Positions 24,884 through 35,988 of a DNA stretch of 64,000 nt are shown one piece after another. Under the pieces are notes generated by a model, which worked only from the letters and a program-made list of their open reading frames with translations, did no database searches and was not told the origin of the DNA. The stretch is taken from assembly GCA_013239625.1 (NCBI GenBank), contig MU054662.1, positions 14,311,798-14,375,797 of the forward strand, in the 5' to 3' direction. Made by a program: the position numbers and the translations under genes. How positions within the stretch are numbered: the first letter of the stretch is position 1; the number at the start of each line of letters is the position of its first letter. This DNA is from Lama guanicoe. Taxonomy: Eukaryota.

Positions 24884-24897
24884 GCACCAGGGGGCAG
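24884..24897 (+). promoter_or_regulatory. CTCF-like motif
   Basis: GCACCAGGGGGCAG, one mismatch to the core consensus. Confidence 0.4.
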
Positions 24898-25105
24898 TCG
24901 TCTGGGCGCGGCCCTCCCTGTGTCTGCGCTGTTGTGAGTCGGAGCAGGAAAGCTGGAGGGAGGTGAGCAGACACCCGACACCTTGGGGGACAGCAGGGGG
25001 CTTACAGGGCAGACGTGGGAGAGCTGGGGCCAGATAGTGAGGAAGGGCTGTCTCTCCTCGCACGCTCGCACGCTCGCCCTCTCACTCCCCAGCTCCGGCT
25101 CCAGC

Positions 25106-25212
25106 CCACACACGCACATGCACGTGCATGCACACGCACGCATGCAGACACGCACACGTGTGCGCACACACACACACTTGCACGGCACGTGCACACACGT
25201 GCACACACATGC
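25106..25212. repeat. RY-alternating CA/CG/TG tract (Z-DNA-prone)
   Basis: CACACACGCACATGCACGTGCATGCACACGCACGCATGC...GTGCACACACATGC. Confidence 0.85.
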
Positions 25213-25559
25213 TGAGACCTCAGAAAATGATGGTGTCTGAGCAACAGAACTCAACTGGATTCTACAAACCTGGAGGCATCAAAGTCTCCCCGCCGAGGGA
25301 GGCCCCCGCCAGGTGCCGGGGGTTCTAGGGGAAACAAAAGCCCGTCCCGCCCTGTGTCCTGCCCTCTGTAAACTCAGCCCAGGTCCCCGCAGCAGCACCA
25401 GGGACCCATTGTGATGAACAACGTGGAACAAGGACCCAGACGGGGACAGGGTCAATTCCGTGGCCCTTGGCAGGGAGCAGGGGTGGGGCAAAGCCGGGCT
25501 TTCTCAAGGGCGGGCGGCCGCCGTGCGTTCCCAGGGTGGCCTCAGGGGCAAGCTGCGTT

Positions 25560-26000
25560 CAGGGCTCTGGTCCGGAGCCAGGCAGGAGGGGGGCCAGCGC
25601 TGCGAGTGCGCTGGGCTCTGTGAAAGAGCTGACTTCCGTCCCACAGGCAGGTGGACGCGGGGAGGCTTCCCTCGGAACTCTGTGACAAGGCAAGTGGGGC
25701 ATCGGCGGTGTCAGGGGACGGGGAGGGGTCGGAGGAAGCAGACCCCGGAGACGGAACATGGGGACACAGGAGTCCAGGGCCGGGGTCCCGGGGACAGGCT
25801 GTGCCACCTGTGAGGTGACGGCAGGGGACAGAGAGGGAAGGGCAGATCTGAGTGAGGTCGCAGGTGGGACACAAGGGTGGGGACAGCCAGGCGGAGTGGC
25901 TGCAGAGGCGAGGCCTGGGGATGGTTCCCGTGGCCCTGACTTGGTTGGCAGAAGAAGCAGGTTTGGAGGAAAAAGAGCCAGATGTGAGCCTGGGAGGGGC
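25560..26000 (-). mobile_element. Degenerate L2 body fragment
   Basis: GGGACAGAGAGGGAAGGGCAGATCTGAG and GAAGAAGCAGGTTTGGAGGAAAAAGA resemble antisense L2. Confidence 0.45.
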
Positions 26001-29000
26001 CCTCGCCCAGCACGGCGACTGGGACGGTTGGGACCTGCCGAGCAGAAAGACAGAGGACCCGCCTTCCTCGAGGATGGGACCCCACTTGCTCCTACTGGCT
26101 GTGTCTCGGGCTGGCCCAGCGGTGACCGAGACCACCGCTCCGTCGGGCAGCGAGGGCCGCCAGGAGGCCGAGGCAGCGCGGCCGCAGCAGCATCGGGGAG
26201 AAGAGGAGAGGAAGGAGCTGAGATCTGTTAACAGCGGGAAACGCGCAGCTGGGTCTGAGGCCAGGAGAGAGATTCGCAAAGAAAGACCTTTCACGGTGTG
26301 CGTGTTTCCTTCTTATGACAACATGGTCTGTCCAGGAGGCACTGCTGGTATCAAAGCCCCGCCGTCCTCTCGGGCCGGCCCACGGACCCCACGGCGTGTC
26401 TGGGTGTGCGCAGAGGGGCGCGCCCATCGCTCAGCCACAAGCGCCAGCAGCCGGGGCGGTGGCCATGGTGGGCGATCCCAGGACACGTGCCCCAGGATAA
26501 AGCCACCCGTCCCCTTTCAAAGATACTCTTACTTACCCTCTAATGATTGTGCAGCAGAAACGTGCTCTTTTTCCCTTTGGTGAGTAGTTCTCTGAATTTT
26601 TACCCATCGGACCACCAGCAGGTCACCGAGCAGCTCCGCCACCCAGAACTCCCTCCTCCCTTCCGACTCAAGCCCTCACCAGCCCCTCGCCCCTGGCGAC
26701 CACGTGCTGCCTCCTCCCACACGTCCAACAAAGGGAATCACTGGGTTCGCAGCCTCCAGGACTGGCTTCCACCGAGCACGTCTGGTGAGTTGCCGACCTG
26801 TTCTCTGCACCGGTGGCCCCTCCTCTGTCTGCTGAGCAACGTTCCCAGGGGTGGCCGGAGCGCGCTCCCTGCCCTCGGGCCCACCTCACAAGTCCTTCGT
26901 TCCCGCCTCACACTGTGGGCCGAGGAAGAGAGAGGGAAACACACACCCTGACTCTCCACGACTTTCCCCGAGTGACCGTGGCCCGGGGTCCCTCAGGGGC
27001 CAGCACGTCACATGACTAGGCGACTTCGACCAAACAGTAACCCCTGGGGATGGTCGGTGTGGGGTCCTAGGAGATGCTGGGTGCTGTGGAGCAGAACAGA
27101 AGGGCAGCAAGGGCCAGCAGGGTGGGGCAGGGGCCCGGCTGGGAAGTGGGCAAGACACTCAGGCCAAGACTCTTAGGGGAGAGCGAGCACGTGCTCACAG
27201 AGGGAGCCTTGGGCAGCCTCCCCGGCCCCACTGCGGCTGCACTCAGCCTTCCACACAGCCCCCAGTCCGGACTCTCGGGTTCTAACCCAAGAGACCATTC
27301 TGCTCCCAGGGAAGCGGCATTCTGGTCACACTGCCAGCAGGGCCCTGAGCCAGCGCGTCAGCAGGGAGATGCCAGGGGTCAGACGCAGTCCAAATCCTGG
27401 GGGCACTGGCCTTTCAGGCTCAGGCCACAGGGGTGAGAATCTGGCAGCCCCCCCCCCTCAGCGAGCCTCGTTAAGCCCTCCCAGAGCCGGCCAGAAGGGG
27501 CACCGCTGGCTAGGGTTCCAGATCTCATTAGCATTTACAAAAGTTGAATTAATCCTCCCTTGATAATCTGGCGGTTACTGAGTTTTATTTTTAACTGTTG
27601 CTTTGTGAAGACACAGCGCCCGCAGCAGCACGGATGTACCCAGGGGCGCAGAGGAAGGGGAGAGAGGGTACCCGGGCATTCAGACGGGATCAAAGAATCT
27701 CGTGTGGCCCTGCCGGGGGGCCCAGGAACAGGACAGGGCATCAGAAGTGGCCAGAGTCAGTTCACCCGGACGGGGACAGAGAAGAGCCCCAAGCGGACCA
27801 GGCCAAACCCCCCGCGCCCCCGTTAGGACCATCTGCAGCTGAAAGGGCTCTGATTCATCTTAATCACACGCAAGTTAAAAATAAACATCAATAACCAGCA
27901 GCCTGGAGAGAAGAGGAGACCCTTTGAGACGCAGACGACGTGGGACGTCCCACATCCGGGCAAGGAGAGTGCCAGCCTCTGACCCCGCAGCAAGCCGGCC
28001 CAGGGCAGCAGGGAGCCCCCCCACACACACACACATGTTTCCCGGGACCCTGCACACACAGCAGCTGCCGGTTTTCGGAGCCAGAGCTGTGGGGGCTGTT
28101 GAACCGGTGCCTTCGCTTTGGCGATGGTGCAGTGGACAAGCCCGGACCTGGTGCTGGACGGTGGCCCCAGCCTGAGATCCGTCACATCCTCGCAGTGTGA
28201 GTGGACGAGGCGCAGGCCCAGGGGCCTCAGCTCGGATGTGACGCAGGCACGAGCTGCAGGGAGGGCCTGCAGGCGGCAGGTGCTCCGGAGTCCTCACTGG
28301 TCCCTTCACGGTCAGCTTCCCTCAGAAGACGAGATCCACTGGTCAGAGAACTTGGTTCAAATTACAGAAGATTAAAGTCCCGGCTGAGCGCCTCCTGCTA
28401 AGTCGGCTGCCCAGGACTCTGCAGTGGGACCCAGTGCAAAGGACAAGTCCCCCACTCTTACCCAGAGAGCTTGAGAGCCAGGCGGGTGTTAGAGACGACG
28501 TCCACCGAGCGGGGGAGGCAGAGGAGACGTAGCCACGTCCACACAGACGGAGGCGTCCGGCTCGGATCCAGGCCCGCCCAGGAGCCACGGCCTTCCTGGG
28601 TCTCCTGCCCATACACTGCAGTATCGTGTTCCAGCCTCGCAGGTTTGCGGGTGAGGAAACCAGAGCTCAGGTGCATGGGGAGGTGGGGACATGGCCACAC
28701 CGGGAGCCGTCTGGGGCTCTAAGTGTGTCTGTCAGCCCTGGCGCAGTTGGGAGGCCCCGGCCGGGGAAGATGCTGGCTCCAGCTGATTCACTCCTGACCC
28801 AGCTCTGGGCTGCGGCTTCTCACAGCACATCCAAGGCCCCCAGCACCCTCATTAGCACAGACTCCAGCCCTGGGCTGTTCCACCTGCGCCGCTCAGCTGT
28901 CAGCCGGCTCTTCCTGAGCCCACGGGCTGCCGATCTCCAGGGAGGGCAGGACCCAGGTGATCTGGGGCTCAGCCCACTGTCCTATCTGCCTCTGCCACCG

Positions 29001-29409
29001 AGGGGTCACCCCTGGGGACGGAGATCTTTACCTGCGGAGAAATCCTCCCCTCTCACTCCTAGAGTGGGGGTCAGATGTGGCGGTTGGCTGATTAGGAAGG
29101 CTGCGTTAACACCCAGTCAAAACAGCTCTCTGAAACGAGCTTTGACAAAATTGTCACATTAGATGTATCTGAATAAAGTCAGCTGGGCGGCTGGTGGAGC
29201 ACAATTTTACATCCCGGTGACAGCCAGCATTAAGAAGCCGCATGCACCCCTGGGAAATTAGCTCTAGGCTCAGCCCAAGTTACAGCCACTGCAGCACGCA
29301 CGGGCCTCATCGCGAGAGGCTGCTGGGCGGGGCTTGGGGGCCGAGGACCCAGGACCCGGCAGGGTTTTCCTCCCCTCCCCCCACACACAGCGGTCTGGGG
29401 AAGGAGACA

Positions 29410-29780
29410 GTGCTAGTGCAGTTAGGGGTGGTCAAGACGGAACCCCGCTGGGTCGCTGTCCACTCAGCAACTCGTGAGCCAGCTGCGCTCCTTCTGCAGA
29501 GAGACCGGAGCTCCGAGGAGCTGCCCAAAATGAAGCGTTTTTCTAGACTGAGGGGGTGGGACAAGGAAGTTGTTCCTGCAAAAAGCAGATTGTCTGTGGC
29601 AAGGTCACCTTCCTGCAGCGGCCGGGGCGGCAGGGGTCTCTCCGGCAAGACCACCTCCCTAGTGCCCACCAGCTCCTTCCAGACCCACTAGTTCAAGATT
29701 CCACTCCTTGGAAAGGTTGAAGCTGACTGAGGTGTTAAGCCCCGATCTGGTGACGTGGCCTGTGGTCCTCTTTCTAACAG
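29410..29780 (-). mobile_element. ERV1-class solo LTR (laurasiatherian, MER41-like; subfamily uncertain)
   Basis: GGAGCTCCGAGGAGCTG...GGGACAAGGAAGTT...GGCAAGGTCACCTTCC...TTCAAGATTCCACTCCT, ending TTTCTAACA (TG start on the minus strand). Confidence 0.55.
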
Positions 29781-30159
29781 GGGGCCATCGGAGTGGGAGG
29801 CCATGCCCCCGCTCTTGTCTGGTACCCAAGCTGAGTGGCCTAGGAGGCATGGTGGACGAGGTGGCTGCCAGGCCAAGTCCCCGTCCCTCCTTCGGTTCCG
29901 ACGGCCTGTTTGATCTTGGGCAACAGAACTCTCCTCCACGGCCCTCCATTTTCTTTGCAGAAACAAATTTGAAAGACTAAAAATCAATGTTTGCCCACTG
30001 TGCTCCTTAGATTCCAGAAGGTACCCCAGAGGTGATCTGACCGGAGGGCGGGGGAGAAGTCAGAATGCACCCACCCGGGACCACACGGTCACCAGGGCTG
30101 GGCCGTTTGTGTCTGGTATTCACACTGAGGTTCCAGGGGGCTCGGGGGCTAATTTTTAA

Positions 30160-30218
30160 AAAGGGGGAGAAGAAGGGAGAAAGGGAGGATGGGAGGGAGG
30201 AAGGGAGGATGGGAGGGA
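30160..30218. repeat. GGGA/GGAA purine-rich simple repeat running into an assembly gap
   Basis: AAGGGAGGATGGGAGGGAGGAAGGGAGGATGGGAGGGA directly before the Ns. Confidence 0.85.
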
Positions 30219-30430
30219 NNNNNNNNNNNNNNNNNNNNNNNNNNNNNNNNNNNNNNNNNNNNNNNNNNNNNNNNNNNNNNNNNNNNNNNNNNNNNNNNNN
30301 NNNNNNNNNNNNNNNNNNNNNNNNNNNNNNNNNNNNNNNNNNNNNNNNNNNNNNNNNNNNNNNNNNNNNNNNNNNNNNNNNNNNNNNNNNNNNNNNNNNN
30401 NNNNNNNNNNNNNNNNNNNNNNNNNNNNNN
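30219..30430. other. Assembly gap (212 N)
   Basis: Run of N. Confidence 1.
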
Positions 30431-32324
30431 GGAACCACCAGCAGCAGGAGCAGCCAGGCCTCCAATTGCTCCAACAGCCTGTGCTTCAGGGCCCACGCAT
30501 TCTAGTGCACAGGATGATCTTTTCCAGAAGTGACCATCTTCATAGGCTTCATGGCAAGTAAGGAAACAATTGTTTTGCATTTTCCCAAGTGAGGAGATCT
30601 GGTAGCCTGAACCCTCGGCCCTGGGAGCGCCGGGACCCCAAAAGTCCTGCCTGCTCCCGGTCTTGCCGGGGGCCAGGGGCTCTGAGCTCTGCGGCTGCCA
30701 CCTCCCATCCCCAGAGGTCACGAGTCCAGTCTGATGGAGCAGGCTGGGCTGGGGGAGACTTGGGGGGGAGGGGAGAGGCTGCGACAGGGCGTGAGGTTCT
30801 GAATATTCATGATGCTAATTAAGCAACAGCTAATTGGAAAATGTTGGATTTTATTAAGACCTCAGACTTACATCGTTACAACAGGCACCAACGTAATAAC
30901 AGTCCTCTAACGGGCATTTTGGGTTCTTTCCAGAGTTTCGGAGCCGGCTTTACGGCTCGGCTCATGGCCCTAGTAGCAGAATGCTGGCCTAGACTTGTGG
31001 GGACTTCCCATGTCATCACGGTGGAGCTGCCCAAAGGAGGGGGCAGAGACAGCCAACCCTTTCTGCCCCACCCCAACAAAAGGTTCCAGACCCAGCGCAG
31101 TGCACTCAGCAGACAGTCAGTAAAGGCTGGTGGCAAGGGCAGAACAAAGTGGCCTTAGGGTGGAGGCACTGGAGGGCCTGCAGCCTCCCTGGTCACCCGC
31201 CACGAGCTGGGAACCAGCCACTTCCCGCTCCTGGAAGGCTGCTTCTCACAGTCTGTGTCAACCGGAGGCACAGAAAACAGCTGGGGATTTGGGGCAATCT
31301 CCTGTCTACCGGTTTAATTTCCCTGCTGTGCAGACTGAAGGAGGTGCCGCTCAGAAGGAAACCATACAAAAGGGAAGAGTGTCTGGGTCCTGGGACGTCA
31401 CGTCGGAGGACGAGAGGCAGTCACACCTCCTCTACTTGGGACTTGCTGGGACAGGGCAGGGAATGAAGTGGACCGGAGGGCTGTCCCGGAGGCTTCTTAC
31501 TGGGTGTTTCCGAGGACATCAGAGCTCCGAGCTCCCAGCCCCTCTTTACCATAGAAAGGACGGAGCAGAGAGTAATAAACATCCAGTTAGAAAATAAACA
31601 CAGAACATTAGAATCTGGGGAAGTGGCCATGAACACCCTGCTGGGTGGTGACCTGGATTAATCCTTTGTAGAACAGCTTTGGTCCCCAGCCACCGGCGGC
31701 CGCTTCCCAGCACCTCAGACCCCGTGAGCATCCCACGAGTGCAGAGCGGCACAGAGCTGCGCCCGTCCAAACGAGGGTGACACCCTGCGTCCCATCGGGA
31801 CCTCCACCCACCTCCCGCTGTTCCCAGTCCAGCCCCCGGGCCCCTCAGACTCGGCCGGCAGGTAAGTCCTCTCGGTGGGAGGCCAGGTGTGGCGGAGGTG
31901 GGCACTGGCTCCCGTCAGCAACAAGGGTGTTCCTGACCAGCAGACAGATGTCAGGCAGGACGGGGAGCATCTCGGGGGGTCCTGTCTGGGACTTTTTCAT
32001 GGGAAAAGGAACCGGGGGCCTACGCTCTGATAATACCCCATTGGTTTGTTTGGTTTTTTTTAACTGATAACAAAGGGTTTTTTTTTATTGACAAGGAAAA
32101 AATGTTTGTTATATTTAATCAAAAAAAGCAAGTTGGAGAGGCCCATTTTTTATGCAGGTTAAATCAAACAATATACTCTTAAGTTTTTTCCCCGTCGGTT
32201 TGCTATTAAGAAGCTCTTCCTTCCCCATTTTGGGGAAGTGCCTCATGTCCATCCTGTGGAATCTAGGTTAAGAGGCCCTGCTATTTCTGCCCACGGTTCC
32301 TTCACCCTTATCACCGAAAGGGGC

Positions 32325-33115
32325 TTATCAAGAAAAACGTGTGGGCGAGGACGTGGAGAACGGACCCTCGTGCACTGTTTGTGTGCTCGGAACTTGGTGC
32401 AGCCACTGTGGAAAACAGTATGGAGGTTCCTCAGAAATTTGAAAATAAAGTTGCTGTACGATTCAGCAGCTCCACTTCTGAGAATTTACCCAAAGGAAAC
32501 AGAAACACTCCTTCGAAAACGCATCTGCATTCCCATGTTTATTGCAGCTTTATTTGCAAGAGCCAAGACATGGAAGCACCCCGAGGGTCCACCTGTGGGT
32601 GGATACAGAAGGTGAGGGGCATGCACGACGGGATAATACCATGCAGCCATGAGAAGACAGAAATGTTGCCGTTCGCAGCAACGTGGACGGTCCTCCGGGT
32701 CGCTGTGCTAGATGAAGTAAGGCAGACGAAGACAGTGCCGCATGAGGGCACTTACTGTAGACTCCAGAAACAAGCAGCTCACACACGCGGAAGAGGGCTG
32801 GTGGTTGCCAGGGGCGGCGCAGGGCAGAGAGGCTCCAGGGCGCAAGGTTCCAGCTACAAAACAAGCAAGTCCTGGGGATGTGAGGTTCAGCACGGCCCTG
32901 CGCTGCACATCCGAAAGGGGCTGAGAGTAAATCTTCGAAGTTCCCGTCACAAGAAAAAAGCTTCTTTGTAGAGACGTGCGGTGAAACGCGAAGCACACTT
33001 CCAGCACTGATCACTTTGCAAAGTAGCCAAGTATCAATCCACTAGGCTGTGCCCTGAAACCAGTACAACGTTACGTGCCAGTGATGCCTCCACAGAATAA
33101 CCGATTAATTTTTAA
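32325..33115 (+). mobile_element. Old L1 (L1MA-like) ORF2 end plus 3' UTR, 5'-truncated and degenerate
   Basis: Encodes the ORF2 C-terminal motif LVQPLWKTVWRFL..L.I.L.YD.A.PLL.IYPKE; continues through the L1MA-type 3' UTR (GGTGGTTGCCAGGGG, GAGAGTAAATCTT). Confidence 0.9.
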
Positions 33116-35511
33116 GAGGAGAAGCAGTTGATGGGTGAGCGGGCTGACGCAGTCAGCGGGAGTGGAGGCTGCAGGCGCAGGTGCGTGCAGCAGGGCAGAG
33201 GCCGGCACCCCTGGCAGCGCTTCTGAGACGCTCGGAGGCGCGTTCGCTTCTCTCGCTGGAGCCTGTGAAGGCGGCGGGCAAGTGCTCTTTTCCACTGATG
33301 GGGACGTGATTTGTGCAAGGGGTCTGGGGTCCTCTCTCCCCTCTCCGAGGGAGCCTTCCATCAGTCACAGCGGCCTCGAGCCCCGTGTGAGGGCTGGGGT
33401 CAGAAAAGGAACCTCGACAGAGTCCATCAGGACGGCAGTCGCACCTGGACCCCCCTCTGCAGATCTGCATCTAAAGCCAAGAGGAGCCTCAGATGGGATG
33501 TTCAGCTGGGTTTCCAGGTTCCTTTGTGTCCTCCTCAAGGCTCAGAGGACCCCGCGCCAGCTGGGGGGCCTCACGTGGATACACCTCAGCACTTCAGGGG
33601 GGCCTCAAAGTGGCCCCCCGGCCCCCAGGTTTGTCACAGGTGAGGGTGGCCTGTGTCCCCCACACCCACCTGCTCAGCCTGCCCAGGGCCCCCGTTTGGG
33701 GGCCCCGCTACCGCCCCACCTGCCGCACTTTGGGGGCAGACTGAGGAAGGAAGGGATGCGTCAGGTCTGCCAGTCACCAGTCTAGGAGGGAAAACCGGGA
33801 CAGGAACCGCTCTCCTCACCGCAGAGCAGGGGCCGTTCCTGCCTCGGCACCCGGGGACCATTCCCCAGTGGGATAGACCGTGGGCCCCGGGAGCCCCTGG
33901 GCCTCCCAACCCCTGAGATTCAGAAAACCCAGTCCGCTGACTGACCGAAGCCTGGCCCAGGCAGACGTCTGGGCTGTCCCTGTCTGAGCCGCGCTTTCCC
34001 CTCTAGAGGTGGGAAGAGGAAGTGGTGACTGGGGTCCATGGAGGAGAAAATCCTGGACGTCTCTGTGCAGCTTCTTGGTCAGAAACTCCCCAGAGGGGCT
34101 GCGGCAGGTCGCAATCCAACTGCGGCTCTGTTAACGCTTTGTAACGGGAAAACTGGGCCTGGGGAGATGGACACTGTGGGGGAGACAAGGGGGCTCACGT
34201 ACGCGCTTGCGAGCAGGGCTCAGAAAGGTGGGGGGTGCGGCAGCCAGGGCCACGCGCAGAGGGAGGAGCCAGCCGCCAGCGAGCCCCGCGGTCCATGCTG
34301 CAGGGCACACAGGTCCGAGTCCCACCCAGCCTCACTCCAGGCTGCCTGACCCAGCCGGTGTCCCCACCACCCAGGCCGCCCTGAGGCCTCTGCAGGGAGA
34401 AAAGTCCACCATTCTCCAGATTTCCAGGTTTTCTTCCTTCTGTTCTGCACGTGACCAGCCTGTCTGCACCCTGGCCCCTGCCTCCCCACCTATGCTGTGG
34501 GTGGCTCCTTTCAGCTGTGACCAGGAACCTGCTCCCAGACACAGACAGTCCTGCCCTTGGGATGGCTGGCTGAGGTCCCCGGGCGGGGCAGGCCTGTGGT
34601 GAGCCGCCCCCTTCCCCACGCAGTGAGCCCCGGGGACGACCCCTCCCTCCTCTTTGCTCCACTGCCCGGTGAACCCTCCCCCACCCCCAGCAAGCAGGCA
34701 TCAGATGCCGTGGGTGCCAGGCAGGGTCGACACCCAGGATCCAACATGAAGTGACTCATGAAAGAAGCTGGGGAGCCCGCGCGGCCTGAGCTTGCCCTAT
34801 TTCTCCATGCACGGCCCCGTGGCGGATCCCCAGGGAAGGGCTGCCGAGACAGCGCTGCCCGTGTCCCCCCACTCCGTCTTCTGTCTCCCTGACCGCCTCC
34901 TCCGAGGCTCCAGGTGACAGGTTTGGCTGCTCCTCACACACTGTCTGGTCTCTGCTCCCCGAGTCACCCTGACCCCAGCTGCCACCGCCAGCAGGCTCTC
35001 CCTGGCACTGACAGCTCTGCTACTTCTCCGAAGCTCGGCAGCCTCCGCGTCCTTGAAGACGTCCTCCTGCCCGCAGTGTCCGCACGCCTGTCCCTCGCCC
35101 TCTGCAGCCTTCCCTACATGTGGCCCCCCGCAGCCGCACCCTCACCCTGAGCGCCCACCGGCTGCGGGAGACCTGCGCCAGCCCAGCCCTGGCTGCAGCA
35201 TGGCTGTGTGTGCGTGCTTGCCAAACCCCCGCCTGAGGCTGTCCTCTCGCCTGTGAAACAGCAACAGTAATGCAGCTTCCAGGGCCTGGGAGGGAAATGA
35301 GATCACGTCCGTGGGTTTGCTGGTAAAAGCGGTTGTTACAGCTCTTCTTCCCATCTGATCACCACGAGGTGTGCTGGAGCACCTTTAATGCCTCGGGACG
35401 GTCACCTCCTGCTTTCCCCAGGCGGCCTCTGCTGGAGTCACTCGTGATTCACCCCAGCAAGCGCAGCTCCACTCGGGCCCCGGCGCAGGGGGAGCAGCAG
35501 GGCCCTCCACG

Positions 35512-35988
35512 ATTCTAATGCTCACATTTTGTGTCGACTTGCTTGGCCACAGGGTGCCCAGTATTTGGACACCACTTTTCTGGGCGTGTCCATGAGGTTT
35601 GGGGATGAGACTAACATCTGAATCTGCAGACTGAGTAAGCAGGTGGCCCTCCACCAGGTGGGTGGGCCTCATCCAATCAGCTGAAGGTCTCAATAGAACA
35701 AAAGGGCTGTGCCTTTTGGTAAGAGGGAACGCCTCCTAACGGCAGCCTTGAGCTGGGACAGTGGTCTTTCCCTTTGAACTTGAACTAAAACATCTGCACT
35801 TTCCAGGTCCTGAACCTGCCATCCTTCACTGGGACTCACATGTCGGCTCCCCTGGGACTCCAGCTTGCTGACTGCTGATCCGGGGACTTGTCCGCCTCCG
35901 TACTTGCACGAGCCAATTCCTTACAGCAAACCTCTTCCTTTATACACGCCTGCCAGTGCTGTTTCTCTGGGGAACCCTGACTGGTACA
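35512..35988 (+). mobile_element. MLT2 (ERVL) solo LTR, near full length
   Basis: TTTTGTGTCGACTTGCTTGGCCACAGGGTGCCCAG...GACTGAGTAAGCAG...GGGCCTCATCCAATCAGCTGAAGG...GAGCCAATTCCTT...CTCTGGGGAACCCTGACTGGTACA. Confidence 0.9.

Noticed and set aside
25852-26583. 243-aa ORF with acidic stretches
   Set aside because: Overlaps a purine-rich L2 remnant, which explains the Glu/Gly bias.
26531-26640. Minus-strand AGG|GTAAGT donor as part of a hidden gene
   Set aside because: No good upstream acceptor; such 7-mers are expected several times by chance in 64 kb.
30007-30721. ORFs spanning the N gap
   Set aside because: Artefacts of translating through Ns.
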